From the NCBI GenBank assembly GCA_010015585.1, contig ML975174.1: DNA of 64,000 bases; one strand, written 5' to 3'. Numbering within the stretch: position 1 is the first letter of the stretch; the number at the start of each line of letters is the position of its first letter. Below, in pieces: positions 35,501 through 47,925 of the stretch. Position numbers and translations under genes: made by a program. Under the pieces are notes generated by a model. The model saw nothing but the letters and a program-made list of their open reading frames with translations, was not told the origin of the DNA and made no database searches. This DNA is from Eremomyces bilateralis CBS 781.70 (Eukaryota).

Positions 35501-36850
35501 CGTCGCATTCTCCCGAGCCGCCTCCAGCATCTCGAGCTTCTCAGTCGCGCCCTTCCGGTCCGCCTCCAACTGCTCATGATCAGCGTTCAATTTCGTTTGC
35601 ACGCGCTCGATCTCCGCCTGCAACTCTTCAATCACCTGCTGCAGCTCCCGATTCTTCGTCTCCTCCGCCCCAGCCTTCTCCGTTTCCGCCGCTGCCGCCG
35701 CCCGGCTCTCGTCCAGCAGCACTTTGATCGACACCAGCTCCCCTTCCACCTCCGCCTTCGCCCCTAGCTCCGCGCGCAGCTTCTCAACTTCGGCGGCGTG
35801 CTTCTCTTCGAGCTCCGCGATGGCGGCGGCTTTGGCTTCGATGTCGTCGGCCGCGGATTCGCGTCCGCCGGCCTTTTCGCTATGGAGGACGGCGATCTCA
35901 GATTGGAGATCCTTGATTTGCGCCTCCAGCGTTTCGCGAACATTGAGTTCCTTGTCGCTGGCGGCTGTGTCGGCATCGACTTCTGGGGCGGGCTTTGCGG
36001 CGGTTGGTTTCGGTGCAGGTTTCGCAGAGGTGGCGGTAGTGGTTCTCCTGATGCTAGTTAGGGTTTATTATATACAAGCCAAGAGATGTATGTACCTAAG
36101 GCCTGTGCCCGAGGTTGCGGCAGCTGTGCCAGGCTTCTTCGGCGCAGTCACCGTGCTCCTCGACGAGGGAGCGGACGTGGTTGGCTTCGTTGTCCTCGAT
36201 GCAAGCGAAGACGCAGGGGTTCTCGCCGGTGTTGCTCCAGTTGACGTGCGTGTCCTCGTCGGGCTGATGGGACTCGGACGCGTGGTGGTGGCCGTCGTCG
36301 TCGGTTTCCTCGCGGCAGATGTAGCCGACGAGCCGGGGGTGATGGTCGACCTTCGGTCTGACGTGGTTGTGGTCTTCGGGGCGGCTCTGGAGCTTGTGCT
36401 GGAGGAGAGCGTGGAGATTCGTCGCGATGGAGCGTGAACGCCGGTCTTCTTCGCTTCATCACCCGAGGTGAGGGAACCATGTTCGGCATCGGAGGTGGAC
36501 TTGGTCGAGGTGGCGGTTCCGCGACGAACGGAGCTCCCTGCGGCGGGTCGTGTAGGAGGTTTGGACAAGCTGCTTCCAATGTGGGCGCGGGAGGCCGGTG
36601 TGGAAGCGGTTGCGGTAGAGGTTGGTCGGGTACTGGTGGTTCCTGGACGTCGAGGAGCGGCGCTGGTGGTGAGAGGACGTTTGGGAGGGACATTCTCCCT
36701 CGATGCCGACTTTGGGGTCACGGTCTTCTCTGGGGATTCATCGGGAGATTTTGGAAGCTCAACGAGGGGATCGGTAGGCGGATCATTAGGTTGGACAGCT
36801 TCCTCGGTGACCTCGGTGAGGGGAACGGGCTGGTCTTCGACTTCGGCCAT
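32580..36850 (-). CDS. Large protein with an S/T/P/R-rich disordered N-terminus and a long coiled coil, 4 exons; function unknown
   Basis: The 260-aa and 972-aa ORFs are joined by an intron near 36048-36095. Further introns at 32781-33025 and about 32641-32709 give ...SIEGT-LASLQEQARQLEELNDDFL...GAEST*. The E/K/Q/L/A composition is heptad-like. Confidence 0.85.
34359..34500 (-). repeat. 72-nt (24-aa) imperfect tandem duplication inside the coiled-coil gene
   Basis: TCCAGCTGTGATTTCAAGGA at 34359 and 34431; QKENANLVEESKDLESLKSQLDTA / QQENAKLTEQTKDLDSLKSQLESA. Confidence 0.9.
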
Positions 36851-37662
36851 GATTGATTAACTTGCAACTTGATACAGGTGGTCACTGGAAAAGGAAGATT
36901 GAAACGGAGAATTGAAACCAAGGCACAGTAAACAGCACGAGCAGTCAGTATTATACGCAAAGGAAGTGACAACGCAGCGATTCCACGTTGCTGTCCGGGC
37001 GATAGGACGTGTTGGCACTTGGCAGGCAGAACAGACGGCAGAACCGACGCAGGTCAGACAGGGACGATGATATGGAAATGGAACGAAAGGATCCAAGCAG
37101 TCAAGGAGGGGAGGATGAGATGATTGGAACACGTCAAGGAGTCGAACAGTCGAGAGGAGGGATTCCTGCAGAGAGTTGCAGCAATGAGCAGCAAAGAGCA
37201 ACGAAAGGAGCTTGGGCGCCGCCACCGAGAAAGGGTCTCCCCCTAGTCTTCCCGCGTCTCGCTAACAAGTCCCAATTCAAAGACATTACGGGAAAAGGAA
37301 CCTGTGGAGTAGAGCTCTAGTGTTCCCGGAAATTAAGAGTAAACATTATCACGGATTATTATCGTCTTTCATCAATGTGATCCAGTGTTTCTTGTATCGG
37401 AGAGTCCCATCATATCACCATTTACGAGATGAAACATTCGGACGCCTTTGGCTTTAAGGTGCAATTCCCTTCAGCCAACTCAACACCGCCCAGTCAATCA
37501 GCGCTCATTGTCCGAGTCAATTTCGTATTCAGTTCAAAGTCAAAGATCGTTGTGTTCAGTGCGGAATAAGAAAAGATATATTGAGGGATATTTGAGGTTG
37601 CAGTACAGTTCGCATTCCCACCTATCCAGTCTCTTGCTTTAAGTTCAAGTATTGTCCATCAC

Positions 37663-37723
37663 CTTCTTCTTCTTCTTCTTCTTCTTCTTCTTCTTCTTCT
37701 TCTTCTTCTTCTTCTTCTTCTTC
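37663..37723. repeat. (CTT)20 microsatellite
   Basis: Perfect trinucleotide run. Confidence 0.97.
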
Positions 37724-37887
37724 ACAAAACGAACGCTTGTTTATGAACATCTTTCTTGAAACAACACGAAGGAATCTCCGTCGCTGGGTGTCGTACACGC
37801 AATCATACAAAGTCGATGTAGGAAAGAAACATATCATGTCATACTGTCATCATTCTGGTTCTTCCTTAGGGGAGGCTGAGATAGCCT

Positions 37888-38595
37888 CTAAATATGGCCG
37901 TGACCTATTTTCCATTAGCATTGCCTTCCTTCAAGTTAATCCGATCAAGCACACTTACGTCCAAGAGGCTTCGCCCGCTTTGAGATACTCCTTGCCTGAT
38001 TCCGCTTGATCTTCGCAAGACGCGACCTATATCGAGTCAGCACGTCACCAACACCAGCAAGAACAGCTTCACATTGCTTTAAATAAATAAAAGAAAGAGC
38101 AATAGAAATCACTTACTCCTCCGCCGCCTCCCTCTCCAATCTCCTCACATGCTCCCTCGCCTCCTTCACCGCCGCCCTCACCCCCACCAACGCCCGATCC
38201 GCCTCCCGCTCCGCCGCTTCCGCCCCCAGCACCCTCTCCCGCGCCGCCACGATGCCCGCGTCCTCATGGCGCCGACTCAACAGATTGCTTCCGTGCGCGC
38301 GACGCGTCGGGGACCACGACGAGGAGGTCGAGCGACGGCGTCCGAACATCCCGCGGCGCGAGGGGGAGGGGGAGAGGGAGTGGCGTCGGGCGAACATGCT
38401 GCGACGTTCGATGCTACCATTGGTATTATCATAATTCCGGGTGGGGGGAGGGGAAACGGAGTGGCGGCGGCGGCGGCCGAAGAAACCGCGGCGCGAGGTG
38501 GAGGTGGGGGAGGGGGAGGTGTAGTGAGGTTGAGCGGTGGCAGTGGTGGGAGAGGGAGCGACGTCGGTGGCTCGACGGCTGCCGAAGAGACGCAT
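37888..38595 (-). CDS. Small basic R/S-rich uncharacterised fungal protein with a C-terminal coiled coil, 3 exons
   Basis: EDAGIVAARERVLGAEAAEREADRAL...EAAEE-SRLAKIKRNQARSISKRAKPLGR-HGHI* after removing two GTAAGT...TAG introns. Confidence 0.8.
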
Positions 38596-39309
38596 TTTGG
38601 AGATTAGGTGTCTAGTTTTTGGTAGTGTACGACTAAGGTTGAGGCGTGATGTATCGTTGGCTATGGATACTATGGGGGTTACTTAGCTAAGGGGGGAAAG
38701 GAGGAAAGCAAAAAGTGGGCAGACGGCAGGATCAAAGCGGTTTATGAGCTCCAGGGCATAGGGAGATCTACATATACGTCAACGGTATTATCAAAAGCAA
38801 TAATACATCGGTTAATCTGTATGACTTTGATATCTTCTCTGACGTCGGCGTCGTGTATTGTGTATAGGTCACTAATTATGGACGATGGATGGAGTGACGT
38901 CACCCCTCTCCTTTCTCTCCCCCCTTGTCCCTTTTTTCATTCACTCTCATATCAAGTTTCTCCCCTTGTATTCTGCACGGCTTTTGGAATGGCAGATTGA
39001 CCATCAGATCTCTTGTCCGTTCGGTTCGGTAAGGGACGCTTCCGAGATTCCCTGTCTGGCTGTCTCCTGTAAACTGTGGAGTTATTCAGCACTGGGTCCT
39101 GGGACCTAATGCTTTTCCGTCCAACGTAATGGCTGGGAATTTACGGGGATGTCGATACCTTTGATCCCATAGAATCAGGCAAGCTAAGCAGTCTCAGAAC
39201 CTTTCATATCAAACTCGATATTCCTATTTCCGTCCTATGATCCTCGCGATGCATTGCTGGCAATTTCATGTCACGACCGGGCTGTGTGGACCATCTCTCT
39301 TCACAAAAC

Positions 39310-41248
39310 ATGGGTTTTCGAGATCGAATATCCGGCAAGGGAACCGGACGAGATGACACAGCACATAAACCCAGCACCAAAAGCTTCTTAGGACAAGGAG
39401 GTATCCCGAACGCAAAGAAACCGAAAACTCGACCTCCCACATCGATCCGTGATCAGCCATGGTTTCTCCATGCATCCTTACCCACATACTCGGGGCCATA
39501 TACGGTAGACTTGTCTCCCAACGAATCCACTCCAAAGCTAATACACATAGGTGGGCGTGATGGCCATCGAAGTCCCCGCCGAGAACCCTCGCGTCATATC
39601 CGAAATCACACGCGAAGGCCACCACATCCTCCGCCTCGAAACTGTGCTCATGAACATCTACTATCCCGCCGCGCACGGCGCCGGGTCCGGAAAGTCGCCG
39701 TCAGGGAAGCACCGCTGGTCGCGGGAGACCTGGCTTCCGCGTCCGCGCCTGGAATCCGCGAAAGGCTACGGCAAATTCGCCGGCGCCAAATGGGCCATGG
39801 TCCCGTTCTTCTTCGCGACCACCATGTTCACCAAGATCCCGGCGTTTCGCAACGCGGGGATCGCGGAGCATTGGCCGCCGGGGGGGAACGTGGATACGCG
39901 GGGGACGAGGGTCAAGCAGGAGGAGGGGGAGGTGCCAGAGGGAGAGGAGGATCCGCCGGTATTTCCTCTCATGGTCTTCTGCCATGGACTGGGCGGGACG
40001 CGGACAGTGTATAGCAGTGTGTGCGGCGAGTTCGCAAGCTACGGGTTTGTGGTCTGCGCAATCGAACATCGAGATGGATCGGGGCCACGGACGATCGTGC
40101 TCCATGAGGAGGAGGGCGAAGGGAGTGTGGAGCATCTGGAGCGGAACGGGGTGGACCACCATCCGCGCCAGCGGCGGCGGGGATGGGATAAGGTGGACTA
40201 CATCTATTCGAAATACAACCCCGACGACACCGCTCCCACCAGCGAACAGGGCATCGACAAAGAATTGCGGCATGCACAACTGCAATTGCGGTTGGCGGAG
40301 ATCGAGGAGGCCTACAACGTCCTGGCGAAGATCTGCAACGGACAAGGGCAAGAGGTTGCCAACAAGAACCTCCGTCGCAAAGGCTACACCGGTGCCAGCT
40401 CCAACGGGTTGCAAGGAATTGACTGGACCCTCTGGAAGCACCGCTTCCACCTCGACCAAGCCACCATCCTCGGCCACTCCTTCGGCGCCGCCACCGCCAT
40501 CTCCGTTCTCCGCCACCCCGCACGCTTCCCCCAGATCGCCCAAGGCGTCACCTACGACATCTGGAGCGGCCCCGTCCACCCCTCTGAACCCAACCCCGCC
40601 CACAAAATCCGCTCCCCCCTCCTTGGTATCAACTCCGAAGCCTTCATGTACTGGCCCTCCAACTTCCACACCGCCACCGCCCTCGCCGCCGAAGCCCGCG
40701 CCCAGGAAGCCCCCGCCTGGCTCCTCACCCTCCGCGGCACCGTCCACCTCTCCCAATCCGACTTCTCCCTCCTATATCCCACTCTCACCGCCGGCGTCAT
40801 GCGCGCCACCGCCGACCCGCAGCGCGCCATGGACCTGAACATCAACGCGACGCTGGAGTTCCTCGGGAAAGTCTCGCCGGTCACGCGGGCGCTGATAGCG
40901 CGCGGCGCGAGCGATGAGCGTATCCTCGACGTCGAGCCGCTGGAGGTAGTGCCGGATATACATCGGCCGGACGATAGGCATCTGGGGTTTGCCCTGAAGG
41001 TACCGCATGTGTATCGGCATCGGGTGGCGCCGGGGACGGCGAGGAGGTGGAAGCGGATGAGGCGGAGGTGGGGGAGGGAGAGGGATGCGGAGGTGGGGGA
41101 GAGTGAGGTGTGGATGCATGTGAGGAGTGAGGTGGAGGAGGTGGAGCGGTTTTTGAAAGAGAATATGGGACATGGGAGGGGGATGGAGAGAGGGAAGGAC
41201 GAGAATGAGGATGTTATGAGCGGATCTGGGGTATCGACGCCGGGTTGA
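39310..41248 (+). CDS. Platelet-activating-factor acetylhydrolase family phospholipase (intron 39505-39550)
   Basis: LPTYSGPYT-VGVMAIEVP, FPLMVFCHGLGGTRTVYS, ASYGFVVCAIEHRDGS, nucleophile GHSFG and HLSQSDF. Confidence 0.92.
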
Positions 41249-41598
41249 ATGTTAATTGAAGGCATGAATGGCATGAACTATGAGGTTCATCAGAGCAATA
41301 TCTTTAGTAGATATGCGGTTGCCATGGAATAAAGCTAGAGATATCCATCAAACATCCTCTGTCGTCCAACCCATGATTGACAGCCTTTAAAATGAATTAA
41401 AAATAATGAGACCAATCCAATCAAGCCTACAAGTACTCCTGTCTCATTCTGCATGAATATTCGAATTCCGATTCAATGGGCCGACTTTTAAAGTCGCGAT
41501 CCTTACATCAAGATTGCACACTTGGGAATGATGTGCTAGAGCTCCAGAAGCGCTCCTACGAGGAAAAACATAGCTTCCATCTTCAAAAACCTCAAGAA

Positions 41599-42769
41599 AT
41601 GGCCATGGCCAACAATCCATCCTCTGTAGCATATTTAGGACCCGAGGGGTCCTATTCCCATCAGGTAAGCGGTTCCGAATCTATATCTAAGTTGAGATGT
41701 TTTGGTTTGGTCGTCCGTTGCGGTTTCGGAGCTCACAGCGACGATGAGAAAAGAGATTCCCCCAAGTCAATTCCTCACAAGATCCGCACATATATCCATC
41801 TATCCAACTCCAATCCCTCCAAAAACCCCAGCTAACCCCCTCCAGGCTGCCCAATCCTTCTACCCCACCCCCTCCCCCCCCCTCCTCCCCCTCCCCTCCA
41901 TCTCCGCCGTCTTCTCCGCCATCCAATCCCGCTCCGCCCCCCTCGGCGTCGTCCCCCTCGAAAACAGCACCAATGGCCCCGTCGTCACCACACTCGACAT
42001 CCTCACCGACGCCCTCCGTGCCCCGCACGGCGCCCGCTTCCGCAACGTACGCGCCGTTGGCCTCGGCGTCCTGCAGATTCGCATGTGCCTCCTCGGACTA
42101 CCGGGGGCGAAGAGGAAGAACCCGCAGGGGGAGGACGAGTACGCGATCGAGCGCATCTTAACCCATCCGCAGGCGTGGACGCAGTGCTCGCGACTGTTGG
42201 CAAGGTTGAAGAGCCAGGTGCCCGGGTTGGTCCAGGTGGATGCGGCGAGCACGTCGGAGGCAGCGCGGATGGCGGCGGAGGATGGGAGTGGGGGGACGGC
42301 GGCGATCGCGAGCCGGGAGGCGGGGCGGGCGGCGGGGTTGGAGGTGTTGGAGGCGGACGTGCATGATCGGGATGATAATGGGACGCGGTTCTTGTTGTTG
42401 CGATATTGTGAGGAGGAGGAGCTGGCGGCGATGGAGGGGAAGGGAGGGGCGGGGGTACCGCAGCTGGGTTTGACGACGGGAGGGCAGCATAAGACAATGA
42501 TCGCGTTCACGGTGGCGCATGATCGGCCGGGGGCGCTGGCGGATGCGCTGGCGGTGTTTAAGACTCGAGGACTGGATCTGACGAGCATTAACGCGCGGCC
42601 GAGTGGGGAGGTACCATGGCATTATGTGTTTCTGGTGGAGTTCTTTGGGAGGCGAGGGGAGACGGGGGTGGAGGAGGCATTGGAGGATTTGAGGGAGGCG
42701 GCAGAGAAATGGGTTTGGCTAGGGAGTTGGAGTTGTCCGAAGGAGATGTGGCCGGTGGAGGAGAGGTGA
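41599..42769 (+). CDS. PHA2: Prephenate dehydratase (intron 41665-41845)
   Basis: VAYLGPEGSYSHQ-AA, VPLENSTNG, THPQAWTQC, STSEAA and DNGTRF, then an ACT domain (PGALADAL, LTSINARPS). Confidence 0.95.
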
Positions 42770-42874
42770 TGAAGCACTGATCGTGGGATCGACGGGGAAA
42801 GGAAGGTTAATACATGGCATAGAGCCGCATCTATACACCACATATCGATATGCCTGATCTATCTATATCTCCAA

Positions 42875-43942
42875 CTACTCCGTCATAACCGTCCCTTTCA
42901 AACTCATCCCCCCTTCCGGTCCCTCCACCCACACATCCCACCTCCCATTCCCCGCATCCCTCCCACACACCCTCATCTCCTCCCCAGCATACAATGGCGC
43001 CAAATTCCGATACTCAATACTCTTAATCGTCCCCCCCGTCTCCCTCATTCGCGCCTCTATCATCGTCACCACCAACGTCAACGCTAATGGCCCATGCACC
43101 AACAGCCCCCGATGTCCCTCCACCTCCCGACAATACCCTGGATCCAAATGGATCGCATGCGCATTGAACGTTAGCGCCGAGAACCGAAACAGCAACGCCG
43201 GCGACGGCGTCAGCGCGTGCGAGATCGTCGCCGCGTGCGCCGCCTTCACCACCTTCCCCTTTACCACCTCCCCATTCCGCACCGCCGCCCTTAGCTTCTC
43301 AATCTCCTCCGTCGCCCGCTCCCGCATAAACACGATATTCCGCCGCTCCACGCACTGCTCCCACCCACCCGCAACTGCATCCCCCCGCTGCTCCGCCTCC
43401 CACCCCGCCACGGGGCCCATCCGCCGCTCGATTCCCACGAACACCTTCTCATCGCCCTCCTTCCCCTTGATTGCCACATCCTTGATTCGCTCGACGCACA
43501 CGGCGGGGGTGTTTGCCGCTAGGTCCAACGCGCCGCGGTTCAACCAGGTGACATCGCCGCCAGCCCACATGCGGCGGACGAACGGGCCGCCGGGGGATTG
43601 CGAGGGGTCGGTGCCGTCGGGAAGGAGGCTGTTTTCGGGGATGGTGGGGTTGAAGTAGACGAGGTGATGGGCAGGGGGAAGGGGGAGCGGGGTGGGGTCC
43701 GTCGGGATGGGGGTGTCGGAGTGGGTCGGGGGGAGCCAGGAAGGGGGGACGAAGCCAGTGAGGATGCGGTGGAGTTTCCAGGAGGGGACGGGGGAAGCGA
43801 GGTCGTGGATGAGTTGGGGGGGACGGGCGGGAAGGGAGGTTTGGAGGGAGGCGAAAGGGGTGGTGGATTGGGAGCGGGTGAGGCGGGGGTGGGGGAGGCA
43901 GCGGACAGCGCGGAGGCTGCGGGTGCAGGTTATGGAGGCCAT
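42875..43942 (-). CDS. HTD2: Mitochondrial hydroxyacyl-thioester dehydratase / MaoC-like double hot-dog protein
   Basis: Arg-rich presequence; HHLVYF, LLPDGTD, PFVRRMWAGG, LLFRFSALTFNAHAIHLD, LLVHGPL and YRNLAPLY. Confidence 0.88.
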   Translation of the reverse strand: MASITCTRSLRAVRCLPHPRLTRSQSTTPFASLQTSLPARPPQLIHDLASPVPSWKLHRILTGFVPPSWLPPTHSDTPIPTDPTPLPLPPAHHLVYFNPTIPENSLLPDGTDPSQSPGGPFVRRMWAGGDVTWLNRGALDLAANTPAVCVERIKDVAIKGKEGDEKVFVGIERRMGPVAGWEAEQRGDAVAGGWEQCVERRNIVFMRERATEEIEKLRAAVRNGEVVKGKVVKAAHAATISHALTPSPALLFRFSALTFNAHAIHLDPGYCREVEGHRGLLVHGPLALTLVVTMIEARMRETGGTIKSIEYRNLAPLYAGEEMRVCGRDAGNGRWDVWVEGPEGGMSLKGTVMTE

Positions 43943-45408
43943 GATGAGTGGTTATGAGGAGATTGAGAGGTGCAATTGTTGTCCATCTTGGTTGAAGGGA
44001 CGGTTGCAGTTATGTACAAAGTGAAGTTCAACCGAGCTCGGAGTAGGTGGAGCTGCTAAGTCGCTATGTCCGTGATCGTCGCTTTATTCCCGGTTGCCGT
44101 TCGGGAACTTCGGGAATGATGTTCGGAGGTGGCCATTTATCGGCAATTATAATATTGCCGACATTGGTATATGTGATTTTCTGGATAGGATGGTCTATTG
44201 GTTTGTCTTATTCGGATCTAGACAATAGGGTAGGTACTGGCTCTGCTGATAATCGCTACATTTGACTCTCGTATACCAGGTTCTAGGTCGGATACATGTA
44301 CCATAAATCATCAACCATCGTGATACCTTTGCGATATACCCATCGAAAGAGTCAGGAACACGCAGCGAAATTGAGCGGAACGTCCTGAATTCAGCTATCC
44401 TAACTGCTCTAGCTACGGACACAATTGTCGTTCCTGTCCGCTCATACAAATTTTCAAATTTTCCCACTATGCCTTCCATCCGTCCCATCGGCTCATAAAT
44501 TGAGCCCGCTCCTCTTCCGGGACCGCCATGTCAAGGCCTGAATACCTTATTCCACCGGTATCGCCTCCCGAACAGCCCTTCCTCCGAGCCCATCTTCGTG
44601 CCCGGAACCCTCCTCCCATCCCCAACAACCCCCCACCCGATCTAGTCATGATTTATCATCATTGATATCGTACGAAAAGCCCCCAGCCACCAGCCGAAAT
44701 CCATTCCATGACCCCGGCCGTCGCAACCGTGAAGAACCCGCCTGGTTTGTATCCGTAGCTGAAACGCCTGGAAACTTAGAGACTAAGGGAAAATGGAACC
44801 GAGACCGGACCGAGTGTGTAGGCGGCCGTTGAGTAGTAGAGAAAGGGAATAAGAGGTAGAGGTGATAGAGAGATGTGGAAGCGCGTATGCAGTCGTTGAA
44901 CGCGTGAGGGAATCGGAGGATGCGGAAATAGAACCCAAACGCCGTGCGGAGATGGTAGCCGGTAGCGGGATATCTACAGATGCAGGGGAGGGAGGGACCC
45001 AGAATCCACGCAGCGGATGGAACCCTTAGAAAACAAGCCGGAAGCAATGCACGCATGCCTCAAAGCACACAAACGAATAGAAAAGACAAAATATCGCCAA
45101 TATCTCCATCAGATATAGTAGAAGCCAGCGAAAACCGGCGCACTACCACATCCGCAGAGACCGCTGCGATCGTCAAAGGAGAATAAAAACCCAGGCGAGA
45201 GACAATGAGGCCGGGAAAGAAGAGAGGGCGAATCCGATGCGTATGCCAACCCGCTGAAATCACAGGACAGGTATGTAATCCATCCCGAACGCCGGACGCG
45301 AGCGCAGGCAAGACCAGACCATGCCAGGAACGAAGAAGAAGAAAAGAAAAAAAGAAGACATCTCGCACCACCGGGATCCGATCCTGGGAAGTCGTCCAAA
45401 CCACCCAA

Positions 45409-47139
45409 TCACTTCTTCAAATCCAACATCTTCCGCAAACTCTCCTCCAAGCGCCGGATATCCCTCGTCCCCTCTCCCTGTGCCTTCGTCGGCGACGACT
45501 CCCCCAACTCGATTGGCTCCTTCCGTGCCACGGCCGCAAGGTCGATCGGCGGCATGTCGGGCGCATCGCGATTGCACTGCTGCTCGAGGTACTGGGTGCT
45601 GATGCGGCGGATTTCGTCGTCGGACCGGCGGTCAGGGGCGGCGGGACGGGAAGGGCGGGAGGGGGAGTGGTCGACGGTGGGGAGGGCGACATTGCGGAGG
45701 AGAGAGGTACGTTTGGAGTTGGTGGGGGGGGAAGTGGGGCCGGGTGCGGCGGCGGCTTTGAAGAGTGGAGACAGGTTGCGGTTGCCGTAGTGGTAGGGGC
45801 TGGAGCCATTGGGTGGGAGTTGAGGGTTTTGGGGGGTGGTGGAGGGGGAGGGGGTGCTGGGGCCGGAGGCGCTGCGGGGGAGGTGGGGGGTGCCGCGGTA
45901 GAAGGGGGGTTGTTCGGGGGCGCGGGTGGGCAGGCCGTGGGAGACAGAGGGGGGTGGGGAAGCCAGGGGGGAGGGGTTGCGAGCGGGGAGTTCGTGCGAC
46001 GGGGAGCCGGAGTACTTGGCGCGAGGGTATGGGATGGGTGGGATGGAGCGGACCGAGTTGTTGTGCGGTTTCGGCTGTGGAGCGGGTCGTGAAGGGGAAT
46101 CGACGGCGGTGTTCGCGCCGTCAAGCTCCATCATGAACATCTCCTTGTTGTTCGAGCCATGCGAGGCGTGACGGGCATGGTTACGGAGGTTGCCGCCGTA
46201 GATAGCGGCGTAGTGGTTCTTCGGAGGTTCGGACTGGCGAGCAAGAGGCTCGGTGGAAGTCGGTGTAGGAAGCCCGCTCACACTGCGTCCGTTGGCTCGT
46301 TCTTTGCGGGCAGCGTTGAAGAAGAAATCCAAGGGAGATTCCTCGCTGGGAACCGCCTTTCCGGGATTCGCGGGACCCGCAATCGGGATTTCGATGGTTT
46401 CCATTGGAGCCTCCGCTTCCGCTTGCTCCGTTTCACTGTCAAGTCGGCTTTGCAGCCCGTTCTGACCACCGTTCGGAACGGACTTGGAAAAGAACTTTGG
46501 GATCGGTAACGCCGAAGCTGCCGGAGAAGCGTGGAACCCGGGTCCTGCATACGCCTGTGCCTTTGCCGGAGTGAACAGCGGCTTTTTCTTCGGATCAGCG
46601 GGACCGGCACCTTTGGACGGGGACGAGAGGTCGATTGAGGATTGGCCGTTCACGTGCTTGATCGGCTTCTTTCGAGGATTGGGGGCCATCGCTGCGCTAT
46701 CGGATACGGCTGCCTGCTCGGTCGCATGGGCGCTCGGGTCGATATACCGCCCATCGGCAGAGAAATAACCCGTCTCCTCCTTCGTCACCTGGGTGTCCTG
46801 CCAAGCGGCGGGGTCCTTTCGCTTTCCGTATTTCTTCGGAGGTTTATTATTCGCCGGTCGCCCATGGGTTGCGGCATTGTTGGTGGCCGTGGAGGAGTCA
46901 ATGAACTGGCCATCGGGACCGAAGTCGCCGATCTCGTCTCGGTTGATTGCATCCTCCCAGACCGGAGGAGCGTGCTGTTTCTTGTTCGACTGAGGGTTCC
47001 GGTTCTTTGGCGGTCGTGGACCATGTTTCTTCGGAGAGTGGGTGCTCGGTTTGGGCTCAATCGTACCGACGCTGGTCGCGCGTGGTCGGGCCTGAGCCGG
47101 CCGCTTCGAGTCTTGGCCTTGTGGGATAGAAGGCTGCAT
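45409..47139 (-). CDS. Disordered protein with an Edc1/PNRC2-type decapping-activator motif
   Basis: 576-aa P/S-rich ORF with YAGPGFHASPAASALPIPKF (YAGxxF plus LPxP) and a C-terminal helical LEESLRKMLDL. Confidence 0.75.
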   Translation of the reverse strand: MQPSIPQGQDSKRPAQARPRATSVGTIEPKPSTHSPKKHGPRPPKNRNPQSNKKQHAPPVWEDAINRDEIGDFGPDGQFIDSSTATNNAATHGRPANNKPPKKYGKRKDPAAWQDTQVTKEETGYFSADGRYIDPSAHATEQAAVSDSAAMAPNPRKKPIKHVNGQSSIDLSSPSKGAGPADPKKKPLFTPAKAQAYAGPGFHASPAASALPIPKFFSKSVPNGGQNGLQSRLDSETEQAEAEAPMETIEIPIAGPANPGKAVPSEESPLDFFFNAARKERANGRSVSGLPTPTSTEPLARQSEPPKNHYAAIYGGNLRNHARHASHGSNNKEMFMMELDGANTAVDSPSRPAPQPKPHNNSVRSIPPIPYPRAKYSGSPSHELPARNPSPLASPPPSVSHGLPTRAPEQPPFYRGTPHLPRSASGPSTPSPSTTPQNPQLPPNGSSPYHYGNRNLSPLFKAAAAPGPTSPPTNSKRTSLLRNVALPTVDHSPSRPSRPAAPDRRSDDEIRRISTQYLEQQCNRDAPDMPPIDLAAVARKEPIELGESSPTKAQGEGTRDIRRLEESLRKMLDLKK

Positions 47140-47925
47140 AAGAGCTAGGGCGATAAGAGATGCTGGTCATGTTCAACAGGTAGATCGGCACCGTAACCTC
47201 CATGTTATACATACTCTGTCTTCTTGGTATGCTACTGTTGTAGAATAGGTGAGTGAATCCGAGTCTCACGGAGGTGGGATTATCGAAACGGATATGAGGC
47301 CGATGTGGGCAATGATGGTGATTGTGGCAATGGAATGGATGTATGAAGTCTTTGAGACTGGTTCATGGTTTGAAGGACGTAGGGGAGAGGTTGGAGAAGA
47401 AGTGAGAGGGAAGAATAAGGTAATGGTGGATCCACTCAGGAGAGGGTGGAATATTGATCGTGGAATGGGTTGTAGGATGAGGTTGATGAAGAGAGAGAGT
47501 TGAAGATGGAGGAGAGTGAAGCAAGTGGGAGAGTCGAGTGGTGACTGGAGAGTGGAGGGATTCTTGGGTGTGGCTGAGCCAATGGAATAGTGGCTGAGCC
47601 TATGATGCTGTGGCTGGGGCGGACTGGCGGAGATAATGCCTGGGTTCACGTGACTGACATCCTCCAATCTACTGTAAGTCTGTAACTGGTGTTGTGGCCG
47701 AAATGTTGGACGCAGTGTAATTAGTGCACGGAATTGGTGGAGATGGAGGGAATAGAATTATATTTCTATTGCTACACGACAGATTCCAGGAAACTATAAT
47801 TTATTAATTATGGCTAGAATACTGTCTGAATAACGTAAGGTGCAAAACGGTTGGGGTCATGTAAGCTAGTCCATCCTCTAAATATCTTGTCTCTGTCTCT
47901 ATGTTCACATTCTATTAACAACCAG

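Noticed and set aside
37622..37837. Poly-Glu ORF
   Set aside because: It is just the translation of the (CTT)n microsatellite.
41665..41845. snoRNA in the long PHA2 intron
   Set aside because: No paired C (RTGATGA) and D (CTGA) boxes and no clear H/ACA structure.
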